Source of the DNA: Octopus sinensis | Lineage: Eukaryota | Direction: 5' to 3' | NCBI RefSeq assembly: GCF_006345805.1 | Contig: NC_043013.1 | Span: 52,018,001 to 52,082,000 of the forward strand | Length of the DNA stretch: 64,000 nucleotides | Shown: piece after piece, positions 1 through 12,471 of the stretch | How the letters are laid out: every line of letters starts with the position of its first letter | Position numbering within the stretch: position 1 is the stretch's first letter | Position numbers and translations under genes: made by a program | The notes under the pieces: model-generated | Databases searched by the model: none | Told to the model about the DNA's origin: nothing | What the model saw: only the letters and a program-made list of their open reading frames with translations

Positions 1-165
1 AGAAAAGATTAGAATCTATTATATACCTTTCATTCAGTTCTTATTAATTCAGTTTTCTGAGTTGTCTGCCTTGGCTATCTTGACAAGAATTTTCATTGAG
101 GCAAACAGTCTTCTCTCCAGTAGAGGTGTATAGAACAGCATAACCAGTCATTACCCTTGGGCAAA

Positions 166-452
166 TATGGCTTGGTAACATGTACCAAGGACAGCTGTAT
201 GAAGAAATGCTAATCTCTAATGGAGGAGGGAACCTGTGGAAGACATGGGACAAGGTGGTGAAGCATGAGCTTTGTACCTTGGGTCTCACAGATGCAATGA
301 CAAGTGACCGAGACCTTTGGCGATATGCCAGGCTTGAGAAGACCCATCAAGCCAAGTGAAATCAGTGTCGTGAGACTGGCACATAAGAAGCACCCTTCGA
401 ATGCTGGGCGATAATGTTGTGCTTAAGAAGACCCGACAAGCCAAGTGAAAAC
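166..452 (+). mobile_element. RTE-clade LINE 3' fragment (RT C-terminus and start of 3'UTR)
   Basis: Broken reading ..TWDKVVKHELCTLGLTDAMTSDRDLWRYARLEKTHQAK*, matching the RTE C-terminal ORF at 31331-31534. Confidence 0.8.
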
Positions 453-477
453 CAAAACAAAACAAAAAAAAACAAAC

Positions 478-609
478 AAGACACCTGATGAAGGCTGGAG
501 GGAAATCAGCTGAAATGTGTTAACGACAAACAAGATGAGGCCAAATATCTGTCAAATGTAAATGATGTAAATAATGTACGTAATTCCTCATCTCTTAAAT
601 AGAGAACTG
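478..609 (+). mobile_element. 5'-truncated 3' tail of the hammerhead-bearing SINE (degenerate ribozyme core)
   Basis: ACAC-CTGATGA-A-GGCTG..CAGCT-GAAA-TGTGTT, followed by the same tail as 57911-58080 and 58290-58430. Confidence 0.75.
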
Positions 610-769
610 TATGTAAAACTCTGTTATTACTATTAGCAAATGAAATGTGTAATGGTGAACAAATAACATCAATAGATTTCCAACTTCCTTTTTGTAATGT
701 GTGTGTGTGTGTTGTTGTTGTCGTTGTTGTTCCCATATGTCGTTCATTGACAACCACATATATCCTCAT

Positions 770-1150
770 AATTTCTGAGCAATATTCATTGTTCATCTGG
801 TAGGTGAACTTACAGTTTCAATATTGCAGGTGCTCTTTCATGAATTAAAAATTCCTAAAACGGATGCAACTGCTTCAGATGGTCCAGTATATCCACTCAT
901 GAGATATTGCCTTATTTTGTTATCATTGTTTATCTGAGCACCAGCTTGGTCGTTTCTTTTCTGCGTGGACTTGATGATGTACGTAATTGACATCACTGAG
1001 GCAACAGTCTCAACATTGCAGTGGCATTTGAATGCTCTGAAAAGAGTTTCATTATAAGGTACAACCCACTTGTTCTTTGGCTTTCCATTCTTATGAGATT
1101 CACCTCCTCCCATTGCAACTGATCTTCGTCCATAAAGAGATCTTTCTGTT
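770..1150 (-). mobile_element. Helitron Rep/helicase remnant
   Basis: SLYGRR...NKWVVPYNETLFRAFKCHCNVETVASVMSITYIIK...IRQYLMSGYTGPSEA resembles the Helitron RWVVPYNP..F.CHINVE...KY...EA block; has stops and frameshifts. Confidence 0.8.
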
Positions 1151-1224
1151 TTTCTGCCTTTTGATTAAGATGATAAAGATTAGCATTTTATTTTAAATAA
1201 AGTTGTAATATTCGTAGTAGTACT

Positions 1225-1394
1225 AGGCATAGGAATGGCTGTGTGGTAAGTAGCTTGCTTACCAACTACATGGTTCTGGGTTCAGTCCCACTGCATGGCA
1301 CCTTGGGCAAGTGTCTTCTACTATAGCCTCGGGCCGATCAAAGCCTTGTGAATGGATTTGGTAGATGGAAACTGAAAGAAGCCCGTCGTATATA

Positions 1395-1446
<52 letters not shown>

Positions 1447-1779
1447 AGTGTGTATATGTTTGTGTGTCTGTGTTTGTCACCCCACCCCCAACATCGCTTG
1501 ACAACCAATGCTGCTGTGTTTATGTCCCTGAAATTATCAATGGAGAAGAAGACCAAACTGAACTCCAGTCTGATCTACATGCTGTAAGCCATTGGGCTGA
1601 CAAAAAGGAAATGCAACTAAATGAGAGAAAATTTGAACTGATGGTTCTGCAAAAGAGACTGATAGAATAAGTACTAGGCTTACAAAGAATAAGTCCTGAG
1701 GTCGATTTGCTCAACTAAAGGTGGTGCTACAGCATGGCCACAGTCAAATGACTGAAACAAGTAAAAGAGTAAAAGAGTA
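1225..1779 (+). mobile_element. Composite tRNA-derived SINE, family A (head, TA/TG microsatellite, tail)
   Basis: GGAATGGCTGTGTGGTAAG..GGTTCAGTCCC head and GACTGAAACAAGTAAAAGAGT end; more than 10 related copies in the window. Confidence 0.85.
1530..1643 (+). mobile_element. CR1 RT fragment inserted inside a SINE
   Basis: About 95% identical by eye to 6261-6374 of the CR1 RT. Confidence 0.85.
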
Positions 1780-2406
1780 AATTCCCCTTAAAAAAATTCA
1801 AGTACCCGTGATTCAAAAAATATCTCATAAAAATATAGGGAGAATTTCTATCTTTCAGTCCATGGCACTCCAAAAGTTGTATAAAAGATTAAGGGAATTA
1901 AAAGTAAGAAAAAAGGACAGATGGCAATAGCTGCGATGACGCTTTGAAATGTCGCTGCTGCATCTTAAAGGGAACGATGACTATTTTATTTGTAATCTTT
2001 ATCATCTTAATGAGAGAGCTGAAAAACAAATTTTGAGTTTTAGTCTATAATATAAATTGAACATGGGCGATTGTTGTATTCTTTCTTGTCTTGAGGTTCA
2101 TAGCCAAATGGCTGGGTGGATTCGCATGAAAAATGGCACACATGTGGAGATGGGTGCATAGATTGGAATGTGGTTTGTACTTTTTTCCTAGCCCCCATAG
2201 TTACTGAGAAAATCGATTCAGGGGACTCGAAGTGATAAGGTTGAGAAACACTTATAGATTATGCTTAACCGAAGACGATCACAGCCACATCATCCAAACA
2301 GACCGGGTGAAACCGGGATTAGCTGCTAGTATATATATATATACATGTGTGTGTGTGTGTGTGTATTATATATATATGTATGTGTGTATATACAGACACA
2401 CACACA

Positions 2407-2550
2407 ACGGGTTTCCACACAGTTTCCATCTACCATATTCACTCAGAAGACGTTGGTCGTATAGGGGAAGACACTTGCTGTACAGTGGGACTGAACCTAA
2501 AGCCATCTGGTTGCAAAGCAAGCTTCCTAACCACACATCCAGCCATGCCC
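2407..2550 (-). mobile_element. SINE family A head
   Basis: Reverse complement of the 1225-1395 head. Confidence 0.75.
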
Positions 2551-2859
2551 AACACCTCTACACCGCCATGCATGTGACAACATCACCCACCTACCAACTC
2601 CTCAAAAAATAAAAAAATAAAAAACGTACGTTGACTTCCATTTAACTGTATATTCTGTATGCAGAAGATATCCCTAGGAAAGCTCCCCTTCTATAATTTT
2701 CTCTCTGATAATGTCAATATATCCCCTCTCTCTCTCTCTCTTTCTCTCTCATAAAACACTTTATTTAACGAGTAATATTAACTAATAATAACCAATGCTA
2801 TCCTAACACATAAACAAACGGTCGATGACATTATTTGCAGAACATTCTTCGCTCGCTCA

Positions 2860-3407
2860 CTCTTTTATTTATTTTTCATTTTCATTCTCGGCATTTTTTT
2901 TCTTTCGTCATAACCTCTCTTATTCTTCCTATAAATTTTCATTCTTTCTTCATATTCTTCTTTACTTCTTTTTTCTTCTCTCATTCCTTTGTTTACCTAC
3001 CTTTGTCATGATCTGTATCCATCGTCATTAATTTTCATTCTTCTTCTTCCTTTTCTTCTCCTTCTTCTTCTTCTCTTCTTCTTCTTCTTCTTCTTCTTCT
3101 TCTTCTTCTTCTTCTTTTTCTTTTTTCTTCTTCTTCATCCTCCTTCTACTTTTACCCCGGTTCTTTCCTCTACTTTTCGTTTTCCCCTCCTCCTATTCTT
3201 CTTTCATCTCTTTCTTTTTCAAACGCGGTCATAATTTGTGTGCGTGCGTACGTGCGTGTGTGTCTGTGTGTGTGTATTTTCATTCTTTCATCATTTTCTT
3301 CTCCTACTCCTCTTCCTTCTCTCTCATTTTCCATCGTCTGCCGTCATAATTTTTTTGATCATAACTTCTTTTGTTTTTTCTCATATTAACTTTATTCTCT
3401 CTCTCTT

Positions 3408-3463
<56 letters not shown>

Positions 3464-3615
3464 GCCACCATCCCCGCCTTTTCTATCACCCTTTCCCTCT
3501 CTCTTCCTTTGTTTATTACATTTTAAAACTTTCTTCTTCTCGTGTACTCCTTCACTTGCTTTTACTCATTTTTTTCGTTTTACCTTCTTCGCCTGCAGGT
3601 CAATCCACATATATC

Positions 3616-3655
<40 letters not shown>
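2860..3655. repeat. Pyrimidine-rich low complexity with (TTC)n, (CT)n and (CA)n
   Basis: Direct inspection. Confidence 0.9.
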
Positions 3656-3658
<3 letters not shown>

Positions 3659-3720
3659 CTCTCGTTAAACCGGGACCCCATTAGTCGGGCATCGGATAAA
3701 CCGGACGAAATCTGAGTTAA
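3654..3720 (+). mobile_element. Tigger/pogo-like terminal fragment (second copy at 5147-5215)
   Basis: CTCGTTAAAC...ATCGGATAAACCGGA.G.AATCTGAGTTAA is shared by both copies; the Tigger assignment is by resemblance only. Confidence 0.45.
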
Positions 3721-4375
3721 AAGAATAGTTTTTTCCTCTGTCTTTGTGTATGAGGATCACAAGGGACACTTTTTTTGAGGAGTTTTAGGGTTTTTACTTT
3801 CTGTGTCCAGATGATGAGGCACAGTCCACTGGCTTTCGCAGCCTGCCACCGCCTGAATCTTTGTAAATCAGCTCCTACGGGAAAGATATGAGCAAGGTGG
3901 GAATTCCACAGGTCTGATGTTCTGGGGGTGAGAGGGAAGAAGGACTGGATGTAGTAGTTAGTGGTGGGCCCGAGAGATAGGTGATAGGACATAAGATTAA
4001 TAAGAGGAGGAAAGACGAGTAGGCAGTGGTGTAGCTAGGGTGTGCGTCGCCTGGAGTAGTATTTGAGTTTGCTGCACCGTTCCGACCTGCCCCTGTACAG
4101 CAGACCCAAATGTGCCGCTGCCATAAAAGCGTCGCCTGGGGTAGATTGCGTCTCTCGACCCCTACCGAACAATACATATGCTACAGCGAGTAAGCCTGGA
4201 AAACCTGAGAGAAGGAGGCATGAGACCAGCCAGGTTTAGGAAGCAGAGGTCATTATTGTAGCAAGAGAGAAGTAGAGAGAGAATACACAGCGCGCATACG
4301 AGTCAAAGAAGTGACTTCACGCTGATCCGACGACTGGGCCTTTTGTTTACGCAACCTAAGCTGTCTGTGTGCAGC
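3721..4375 (-). mobile_element. L2/CR1-type LINE RT C-terminal fragment, interrupted by a MITE
   Basis: ..QSFFPLTPRTSDLWNSHLAHIFPVGADLQRF.. and ..YNNDLCFLNLAGLMPP.. lie on either side of the MITE. Confidence 0.7.
4024..4186 (+). mobile_element. hAT-type MITE
   Basis: Starts CAGTGGTGTAGCTAG; 8-bp flanks CGAGTAGG / CGAGTAAG; related to 17016-17171. Confidence 0.7.
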
Positions 4376-4376
4376 G

Positions 4377-4570
4377 TGGAGGCGCAATGGCCCAGTGGTT
4401 AGGCCAGCGGACTCGCGGTCGTAAGAACATAGTTTCGATTCCCAGACCAGGCATTGTGAGTGTTTATTGAGCAAAAACACCTAAGCTCCACGAGGCTCCA
4501 GCGGGGAGGGGTGGTGAAGCCCGCTGTACTCTTTCACAACAACTTTCTCTCACTCTTTCTTCCTACTTCT
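4377..4570 (+). mobile_element. tRNA-derived SINE
   Basis: TGGCCCAGTGG box A and GTTTCGATTCC box B-like motif. Confidence 0.65.
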
Positions 4571-4855
4571 GCCACAAAGCAGAGGAACCATGGTGTAACC
4601 CAGTATGGTGTGGTAAACTTTCAGACCCTAGTCTAGATTGCGAATCCTCTGTACCCCAGGATAGTTCAGCTCTCCACCCGTTAAAATCCACAGTTTACAG
4701 AATGAGGATAACGACGTAGCTTTCGCACCCGTGCAACCGCCAGTCTATCGCGTGTGGTGGGTGGATCTTCAAGTTGCCACACGCATTCTTAGTAGCTTAG
4801 AGTAGGCTCGAATTAGAGATTATTCTTTGTGGCTAATGGTGTGAGTCCTGATTGA

Positions 4856-5140
4856 AAGAAGAAGAAGAAGAAGAAGAAGAAGAAGAAGAAGAAAAAGAAA
4901 AAGCAAAAGAAGAAGAAGAAGAAGAAGAAGAATAGGGGATCAGAACTAAAATCTGGTGAAGACGGGAGTTGATAGAATGAAGGATAGAAAAAGCTGTTAA
5001 CACACACGGCAAGATCCGAAATGAAGCAACTAACCCAGAAGGTGGGAGACGGACAAATTCTGTAATTTCGATAGGAAATAAGCATGTCAGACATAGTCTA
5101 AAGCTTTGATGATGCCAAGGTGACAAGAAGGCTTTCATCA
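4856..5140 (-). mobile_element. (TTC)n tail with probable LINE 3' end
   Basis: (GAA)n tract at 4856-4931; same layout as 16267-16515, but the protein resemblance is weak. Confidence 0.4.
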
Positions 5141-5599
5141 AATTTCTACAATGAAACCTCGTTAAACGGAGCCGTTAAGCTTGATATCGGATAAACCGGA
5201 TGGAATCTGAGTTAAGGGAATTAATTTCAGTGGTGAATTTTGGCACTATGTGTAAAAATGTTATAAGGACTTATTGAGTATGTGCAAGGCCCTGAAACGG
5301 CGCACATTCTCTTCTGATGACCCCTGAAACCTACTGGCGTCCGGTATGCCAAGCTTTTGATTGACAGCAGTTACACGAGCTAACTGTTTGCTAATCTTCT
5401 GACTGTGCTAGATTAGAGCTGTACTCCCACCAAAGGCGATAATTCCATCATAAATATTAATCCCATTCAATAATACGATAAAGGAACAAACTGTAAAGCG
5501 AATGTTTTTGTGTCTTGTTATGAAATATCGTGGTTGTTGCTTTGGGATAGCTTCGCACCCGACACCAACTAGTATCATGATATGGTATTAGATATCTCA

Positions 5600-7170
5600 C
5601 GACTAGTTTTATCCAGATATACTATTCTGCGGAAGACCCTGATAGATTTCCCGGAAATGTCCTGAAGGAATGTAGACACCAACTTGCAGCCCCTCTAACC
5701 AACCTCTGGAGAAATTCTTTAGACTCAGGTTATACACTGAAACAGCTCTTATCCCAGGCTGTCATTTCAGTCTTCAAAAAGGGAAACAAATTTCTCGCAA
5801 TTAACTATCGCCCAATCTCACTCACCTCCCATATCATCAAAGTGTTTGAAAGGGTGGTGAGGTCAAGGATAACTGACTTCCTGGAGATCCACAACCGTCT
5901 AAATTCCAACCAGCATGACTTTCGCTGCAGCAGGGACTGTCTAACACAGCTCTTACATTACATCGCTGATATTCTTAAAGTCTTAAAGTGGGGTTTGAAG
6001 AGTCAACCACAATATCCTCCCGCCAAAATTGTCAAATTTTGGAATCTATGGGAAATTGCTGCACTGGGTTAAGTATTACCCGATGAACAGAACAAAACAT
6101 TGTAACCGGTGGAATCCGCTCAAACCTAGCAAAAGTCGCCAGTGGTGTCGCTCAGGAGACTGTTTTGGGCCCGCTTCTTTTTATAGTTTATATAAACGAT
6201 ATCTCAAACGTCATTAAATACAGCAAAATAAAAATGTTCGCAGATGACTCTATCCTTCGGGAAATTATCAATTGAGAAGAAGACCGAACTGAACTCCAGT
6301 CCGATCTACATGCTGTAAGCCATTGGGCTGACAAAAAGGAAATGCGACTGAATGAGGGAAAATTTGAACTGATGCATTTTAGAAAAAAAAAAGACTGCGC
6401 TCAAACAACCATATTCTCTTCCTTCAAGAGAACTACTCATAGCGTCCAATAAAATCAGGGACTTAGCAGTGATAGTTGACAGCAATCTCAGCTGGTGTGC
6501 CCACATCAGCAATAAAGTCGATATGGCTCACAGGATGAGCTCCTGGATTCTCGGAACTTTCCAGTCCAATGGGCAGGATGTCATCATTCCCTTACTTTAC
6601 TTTGTACTGCCATACCTAGAACACTGCTGCCCCCTGTAGTTTCCTCACACTAAACAAAACATTATGAGAATTGAATTACCCCAGACAGCATTCACTAAAA
6701 AAATTAAGGGCATGACTGATCTTGATTATTGGGACCACCTTAAAACATTGAATCTTTATTCTCTCCAGCGCCGCTGTGAGCGATACATCATTTGCACAAT
6801 GAGGTTATAGGGCCTTACTTCGGTTGAGAGTAAACATAATAAATTTTGTTCTTAATATTAGTTTCAGAATTCATCCAAGGCTGCGACCATGTGCTATTTG
6901 TCCCCTATACAATTCAGGATCACAACACATAAATTCACTGCAACGCAATTTCTTTTCCTCAACAGGCCCTGTTCTATTTAACATTGTCTGAAAACAAATA
7001 AAAGAAAAAGATCTCATCACCTTCAAACGAAACCTGGACAAATTTCTTCAAGAGATACCAGATAATCCACCTATAGTCAAAAACTTGAATAGGCCATGAT
7101 ACCACAAAACTTGACTTTAAAATGACTTGACAGATCCTATCAGGTGGTGCTATTAAGTTAGACATGGCTT
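5600..7170 (+). mobile_element. CR1-clade LINE, 5'-truncated, RT domain with frameshifts
   Basis: PDRFPGNVLKEC..VFKKGNK..NYRPISLTSHIIKVFERVV..NQHDFR, and the catalytic MFADDS at ~6234-6251. Confidence 0.9.
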
Positions 7171-8195
7171 GGGCCAATCTTTGGTCGAGACACGGCGAAA
7201 TAATGAGAGAACGACCATTAGGTGCAAAGACAAGCAACTTTTCACCCAATACACAGACTATTTATATATTTATACACCTTTATTTTCTAGCATTCGGACT
7301 CCCTTACTAACTATCCTTAAATTCGCCTACTATCTCATTTTATTTACCTTCACGTCTGCTTCTTCCAGTCTATGGTCAATCTTCTTATTCGCTCCTCTCT
7401 CAAATAAATATTACGTTTCCGTGTGGAGAAGTTCTATGTATAAATAAATTCACTGAAAAATTTATTAAGTGAAACACATTTTCTTTCTAATAATTCTGTT
7501 TTTGCTGTATGATGATATAATCAGGCCATAGTTTGTTTCCAAATCTAATAATGCACACTTAGAGACAAAGATTAAGTTAGACCGAAATAGTTTGAAATTG
7601 TTTGTGTGGTTTATTTTCGAGTAATACTTATTTCAGACTGTTGGGTTCGGCAGAGGAGTAACAGGGGGTCGGGTTGCCAATATTATCTTCATCACTATCA
7701 CCTCCAACACCATCGATAACAGCCACTATCATCAATACTATCACAACCGCCGTTACCATCACCAACACCACCGCCATTACTCAGTCACCCGCCAACTCTT
7801 TAATGACCAACAACAATAGCACCATCAAGATAGCGATGTCAGTCATTGAATATATCTATTTATCTACGCCAAAACACAGTCCTCCATCCCTCACTCCACA
7901 CACATCCACTACCAACACACCACCATCATCACCACCACATTTATTCCCAATTTCTCAATTCTCATTTCTTTTTCTGGCAGCTTTGTCACTGTCCGCAAAA
8001 TATTTTTCTCTCTCCGAAGACAGAAGATGTCTGAAACTTTTGCTTTTCTTTTCTTTTCTTTTCTTTTTCTTCTTCTTTTCTCACAACATATTCCGTTGCT
8101 TGAATTTTATTTATTTCTTTTTCTTCTTTGTACAATCTTACTTTTTGCCAATGCAAAACATCAAAAGTTTCCTCGGATCTTACTCTTTTACCATA

Positions 8196-10143
8196 TACGA
8201 GGTGCATTCCAGAAGTTTTCAGATTATTTCAAGAAAAACACTTATTAATCTCAGAAAAGATCAAAACTCCAGTCTCCTTCAAAACAAGATCCTTTGATTT
8301 CAATGCCCTTGCAGCGCTCCACCAACTCCACGAAGGTCGTATAGAAACCTCCAAAGTGCAGGTATCCAGGAGCCTTATCACAGCCTCTTTTCATCTTTTC
8401 TGTCTTCAAAACGACTGTTCCAGAAGTTCTCCTTCAGCGTGGGAAAAAAACCACCAAAAGTCGCAAGGAACAAGGTTTGGACTGTAAGGAGGCCAAGATT
8501 ACCTAGATGGAATTGTGGACTGGTACTGAATTGTCCTGGTGCTGATGTCACCGACCCGAGTGGAAGAGCTCTGGCCTTTTGCGCCGAAATCTCTTCCTGA
8601 ACTTTCTTAAAACCTTCACAAAGTACTCTTTGTTGACTGTCTGCCTAGAGGGAACCCAGTAGATGTCGATGGTACTCTTGCTGTCGAAAAAATAGGGATT
8701 GTAACGAGACCTGGGATTTTAACCCTATTCTCTAAGTTATCAGGCTTGTATCACGAATCAAAGATGCAATTATCACGACCTATGGCTTACAGGAGATCAC
8801 GCCACAAAGTCAGACCATAATTTCAGATGTCCTTGAGATTCACGCCCTCTTCCCTAGTTAGAGGCAGTTTGGTGCTAAAAAATCTTCAGAGAGGTTGAGG
8901 ACAACCAGAGAACACACATTCTACCTTTCGCCTTAAGCAAACCAGTCCAGGGCAGAGGCTTAGCAAGGTTAGGCTGGCTCACATCTCCTTTCTTTCCGGT
9001 CCAAAAAAATCTAATGACAGAGTAAAAACATTATTTCACTCATGTCCAAAGCAAACCAGAAGTGCGAATAGATTTGGATAAACTCACGGTTTTCATTCGG
9101 AACCATCTCCTTCCTGTCTCTTGAGTACGTAATTAAGGACTGCGGAATTTAGACATTATGAAAGTTGATCTCTATATCCTAAGTCTTTCTACAGTAAATA
9201 TCTATGTACGGCCTTTCCTTAAATACGTTCTAAAATGTTCGCGAAATTTATTCCTGTTTTCTACACGCAGTCAGCCTAATCCGTAATAATCTTACAGCAA
9301 AGACCACAGCGACAATGAAACCAATTAACCTGCGCGGGAATGGTGACCCAACGCAAACAAGCAATCTTACCACGACAACATGCCATACCATCGTGACAGG
9401 ATCATCATAAGCCCTCGGTGGACTTGCTTTTACCTGGTCTTCTTGGGTCTGAAGGATCCAGGATGCTTCCATTTGGCACTCTGTCTCTTGGTCTCTCTCG
9501 ATCATAACAGTAGACCCAGCTTTCGTCACCAGACACACAAATACTCTTGAATTGCGAGTAAAGAGCTCAAACATCTCCCTACTGACACCAACGTGTTTTT
9601 CCTTCTGTTCGCCACTGAGCACCCTGGGAACAAACTTTGCACAAACTTAGATAGATAGATCTCAGCAAATTGTACGCTTATTGTCTTTATAAACAACACA
9701 AGGATCTTCATTCAAAAAATTGCGAATTTTCTCAACCAGTTCTGATGTCCTTCTCCCTCCCACACCTCTCATCTCTCACCTCCTCTTGGCATATGACCAC
9801 TGGCAAGATCAACCAGGCAGCAGAAGACGATAACGATCACTCGGGGCGTATAACACACGGACTCACACACTCGCAGATGATATCGCGACGACCTCTGCAC
9901 ACGGCATATCGACCGCCGCGCGCAGGGGACGATCGCATGGCGCCCGGACGCGGCACTTCGATACGCAGCAGCAACTCTTGGTTGAAAGGAGATGCTCGGC
10001 TAATACAAATAAATCCATGACTTGTCGGGAGCATGTCTTAAGTTTCTGTGGTATTTTTGCCGAGTTTAAAACAAAACTTTATTGCAATGCGAGTTTCCAG
10101 ATTGTCTTCACGTCCCGACAGCGTTCTACAAACCAGTCAGCTG
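8196..10143 (-). mobile_element. Decayed mariner transposon split by two insertions
   Basis: RIAIKFCFKLGK (~10050-10095), VCAKFVPRVL, SGDESWVYCYD, FFDS..QTVNKEYF..HQDN, PPYSPNLVPCDFW; TA plus a CGAGGTGCATTCCAGAAG terminus at 8196. Confidence 0.9.
8700..9398. mobile_element. Solo LTR (probably Ty3/Gypsy-type)
   Basis: TGTAACGA...TCGTGACA termini; exact 4-bp TSD GGAT (8696-8699 and 9399-9402); removing it rejoins the mariner MMIP/FFDS sequence. Confidence 0.8.
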
Positions 10144-10190
10144 TGCCGCTGAGCATTTTGTCCGATGCTGTAACGATTCTACCAGCTCGC
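10144..10190 (-). mobile_element. SINE family B 5' fragment
   Basis: GAGCTGGTAGAATCGTTACAGCATCGGACAAAATGCT matches the head at 29644. Confidence 0.65.
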
Positions 10191-10552
10191 TATCCAAGAA
10201 TAATATATTGGCGATAGCAAACTTGTTTCCAATCTGAAAATATTTCGTACAAATTGTATAAACATTATTTAGAATCAAATCACTTTAGTAACCATTTTCA
10301 ACGATGCTTAATAAATGCCATAGGTAATGGTAAATTTAGTCTGTTGTTAGACGAACATAATGGTATTATTGTCATGAAACTACTCGGCGTTCCTATAATA
10401 TACTAGAGTAAGAAGATAAATAACGTTATCTCTACATATCGTGGATTTAAAGAGCTTGATGTGATGTTGAAAATATTGTAAAAGCAATTATGAAATAAAC
10501 AATGGCGCATTCATTCTCAATATGTTCTGGCAGATAGAAACAAGAATGTCCG

Positions 10553-10865
10553 ATCGCTGTTGTTTTTCACCATCGGAGAATATCTCCTCAGTTTAGACAA
10601 TGAATACTCGTAACTCACATGATTCACCGGCGTAAGGAGACTTTGTGACTCCACGGTGTTTCGACCTTATTGTGTGTCTCCTCAGCCAAAGCTACTCTGT
10701 CAGACCAATGAATCTAACAAGAGCGAGTGTGCTTCATTACAGAAATTAACAAAAAGATTATTTGTCGCAGTGTTCCAAAGTCCCATTATGACGGTGAATC
10801 ACGTGTGCCATGAGTACTTATCTTCTAAAAGGAGGTATTCTCCGATGGCGAAAATCAACAGCGAT
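10553..10865. mobile_element. MITE with 36-bp terminal inverted repeats
   Basis: ATCGCTGTTGTTTTTCACCATCGGAGAATATCTCCT versus the reverse complement of 10830-10865, 3 mismatches; no TSD recognised. Confidence 0.75.
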
Positions 10866-11019
10866 TAGCATATTCACGTTCAAATCTGCCAGAATGTATT
10901 GAGAATGAAACGTTATTGTTTGGATTCTCGCCGTTTCCGTGCACTACATGAATTAGTATGAAGTTGGTAAAACGCTAGACTTGAAGATATTTCTAACATT
11001 CTGTATTGTGTAATGGTTG

Positions 11020-11140
11020 GGGAGGCGCGTGACCTAGTGGGAAGGGTGTTGCCCTCACGAGCGCCAAATCGCGGGTTCGATTCGCGGATCGGGCAGCATG
11101 TGTTCTTGAGCAAAACACTTCATTTCACGTTGCTCTAGTG
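11020..11140 (+). mobile_element. tRNA-derived SINE family C fragment
   Basis: GGTTCGATTCG box B-like motif, then TGTGTTCTTGAGCAAAACACTT. Confidence 0.7.
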
Positions 11141-11664
11141 CTGTGTGGACACCCGAGACCCCCATGTCAACGAATAAACCCAACGTTTCTTCTGCGTGTC
11201 AGAAAAGATGACTAAAAAAGGTTGAGGTAGGATTTGCACTTCCAGCCTCATACAACCCTCACCAGCAACGACAACCCAAGGATTGGAGGGTTGTCACCTG
11301 AGTGGTGCTAAGGTATCATCCGCCAGGAGTAGGGGATCACCAACCAAATGATGAATGCAGGGACGCGCTGATACAGCGCATGCCTCCATACCACCACCAC
11401 ATAATGGATGCGGACATGCTCTATCCCACATTAGTTTTCGACCAGATATCATTACATTTTCGACACCTTGGCAAAATAAAAAATAAAAAATAAGGATTTC
11501 TATCAGACATTTAATGATGCAAAACAATGACAGTGTACAGTAAGTTCCGTAATAGTAGAGTCCAAGAAGTATAAAGATCCAATGGTAATCCGGGTGGAGT
11601 GGTGGTAAAGTGGTTCTGGAGAGGTGGTAAAGATCCAAGAGGAAGGTAGGAAAGGCGATGAAGG

Positions 11665-12020
11665 CTCAAGTGTCTTCAACTATAGCCTCGGGTCGACCAA
11701 AGCCTTGTGAGTGAGTTTGGCAGACAGAAACTGCAAAAAGCCGGCCGTGTATATGTAAATATATATGAGTGTGTGTGTGTGTGTGTGTGGTGTGTGTGTG
11801 TGTGTGTGTGTGTGTTTTACCCACTACAGCTTGACCCTTGGTGTTAGTCTTTATTAGTCCGTTTACATCTCCGTAACTTAGCAGTTCAGCAAAATAGACC
11901 AATACAAAAAGTGCCAGGCTTATAAAAATATGTACTGGGGTCGATTCATTCGACTTAAGATTCTTCAAGGCGGTGCCCCAGCATGGCCGCAGTCTAATGA
12001 CTGAAACAAGAAAACAGATA
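11665..12020 (+). mobile_element. Composite SINE family A (5'-truncated)
   Basis: Similar to 1225-1779. Confidence 0.75.
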
Positions 12021-12471
12021 AAATGTATTTGACACTCTCTTTCTGGAAACGAAACACTTCTTGGCACCTGCAAAGGTGACATCCTCACGTGTTAAATATT
12101 CATTAATATTTTAATCCTAAGCTAATGATTTTAATTAATGATTGAAGAACTAAACACGAAAGAAACCAGAACTTGTTACGTTAAATGAGTGGAAGATCTT
12201 AAGAACTTGATTTTGAAATTTTCTCTTCATTTTGTTCAAGTAATTGGAGTAAAGGAACCGCGAGGAAATATAACAGTTTTGAAGAATGTCTGCGGTCTTA
12301 ACAAATACAGATACAGTATCGATTTTCCGGAATCTTTAGTTTCAAAGCCTTTCCGAATTATTGATTTCTTTCTAACTAAGGGTGGCCACCATAGTCAACA
12401 CACTCTAAATCAGACAATTATTAAATTTACTTAAATAATTAAATGAAATACAGGTATCTGTACACGTGAAC

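Noticed and set aside
3654-5215. The two 60-bp direct repeats as LTRs of one element
   Set aside because: No TG..CA ends, no TSD, and they are quite diverged; the interval is filled with unrelated LINE, SINE and MITE pieces
5320-5345. CTGATGA..GAAA as a hammerhead
   Set aside because: No stem II can form between the two motifs
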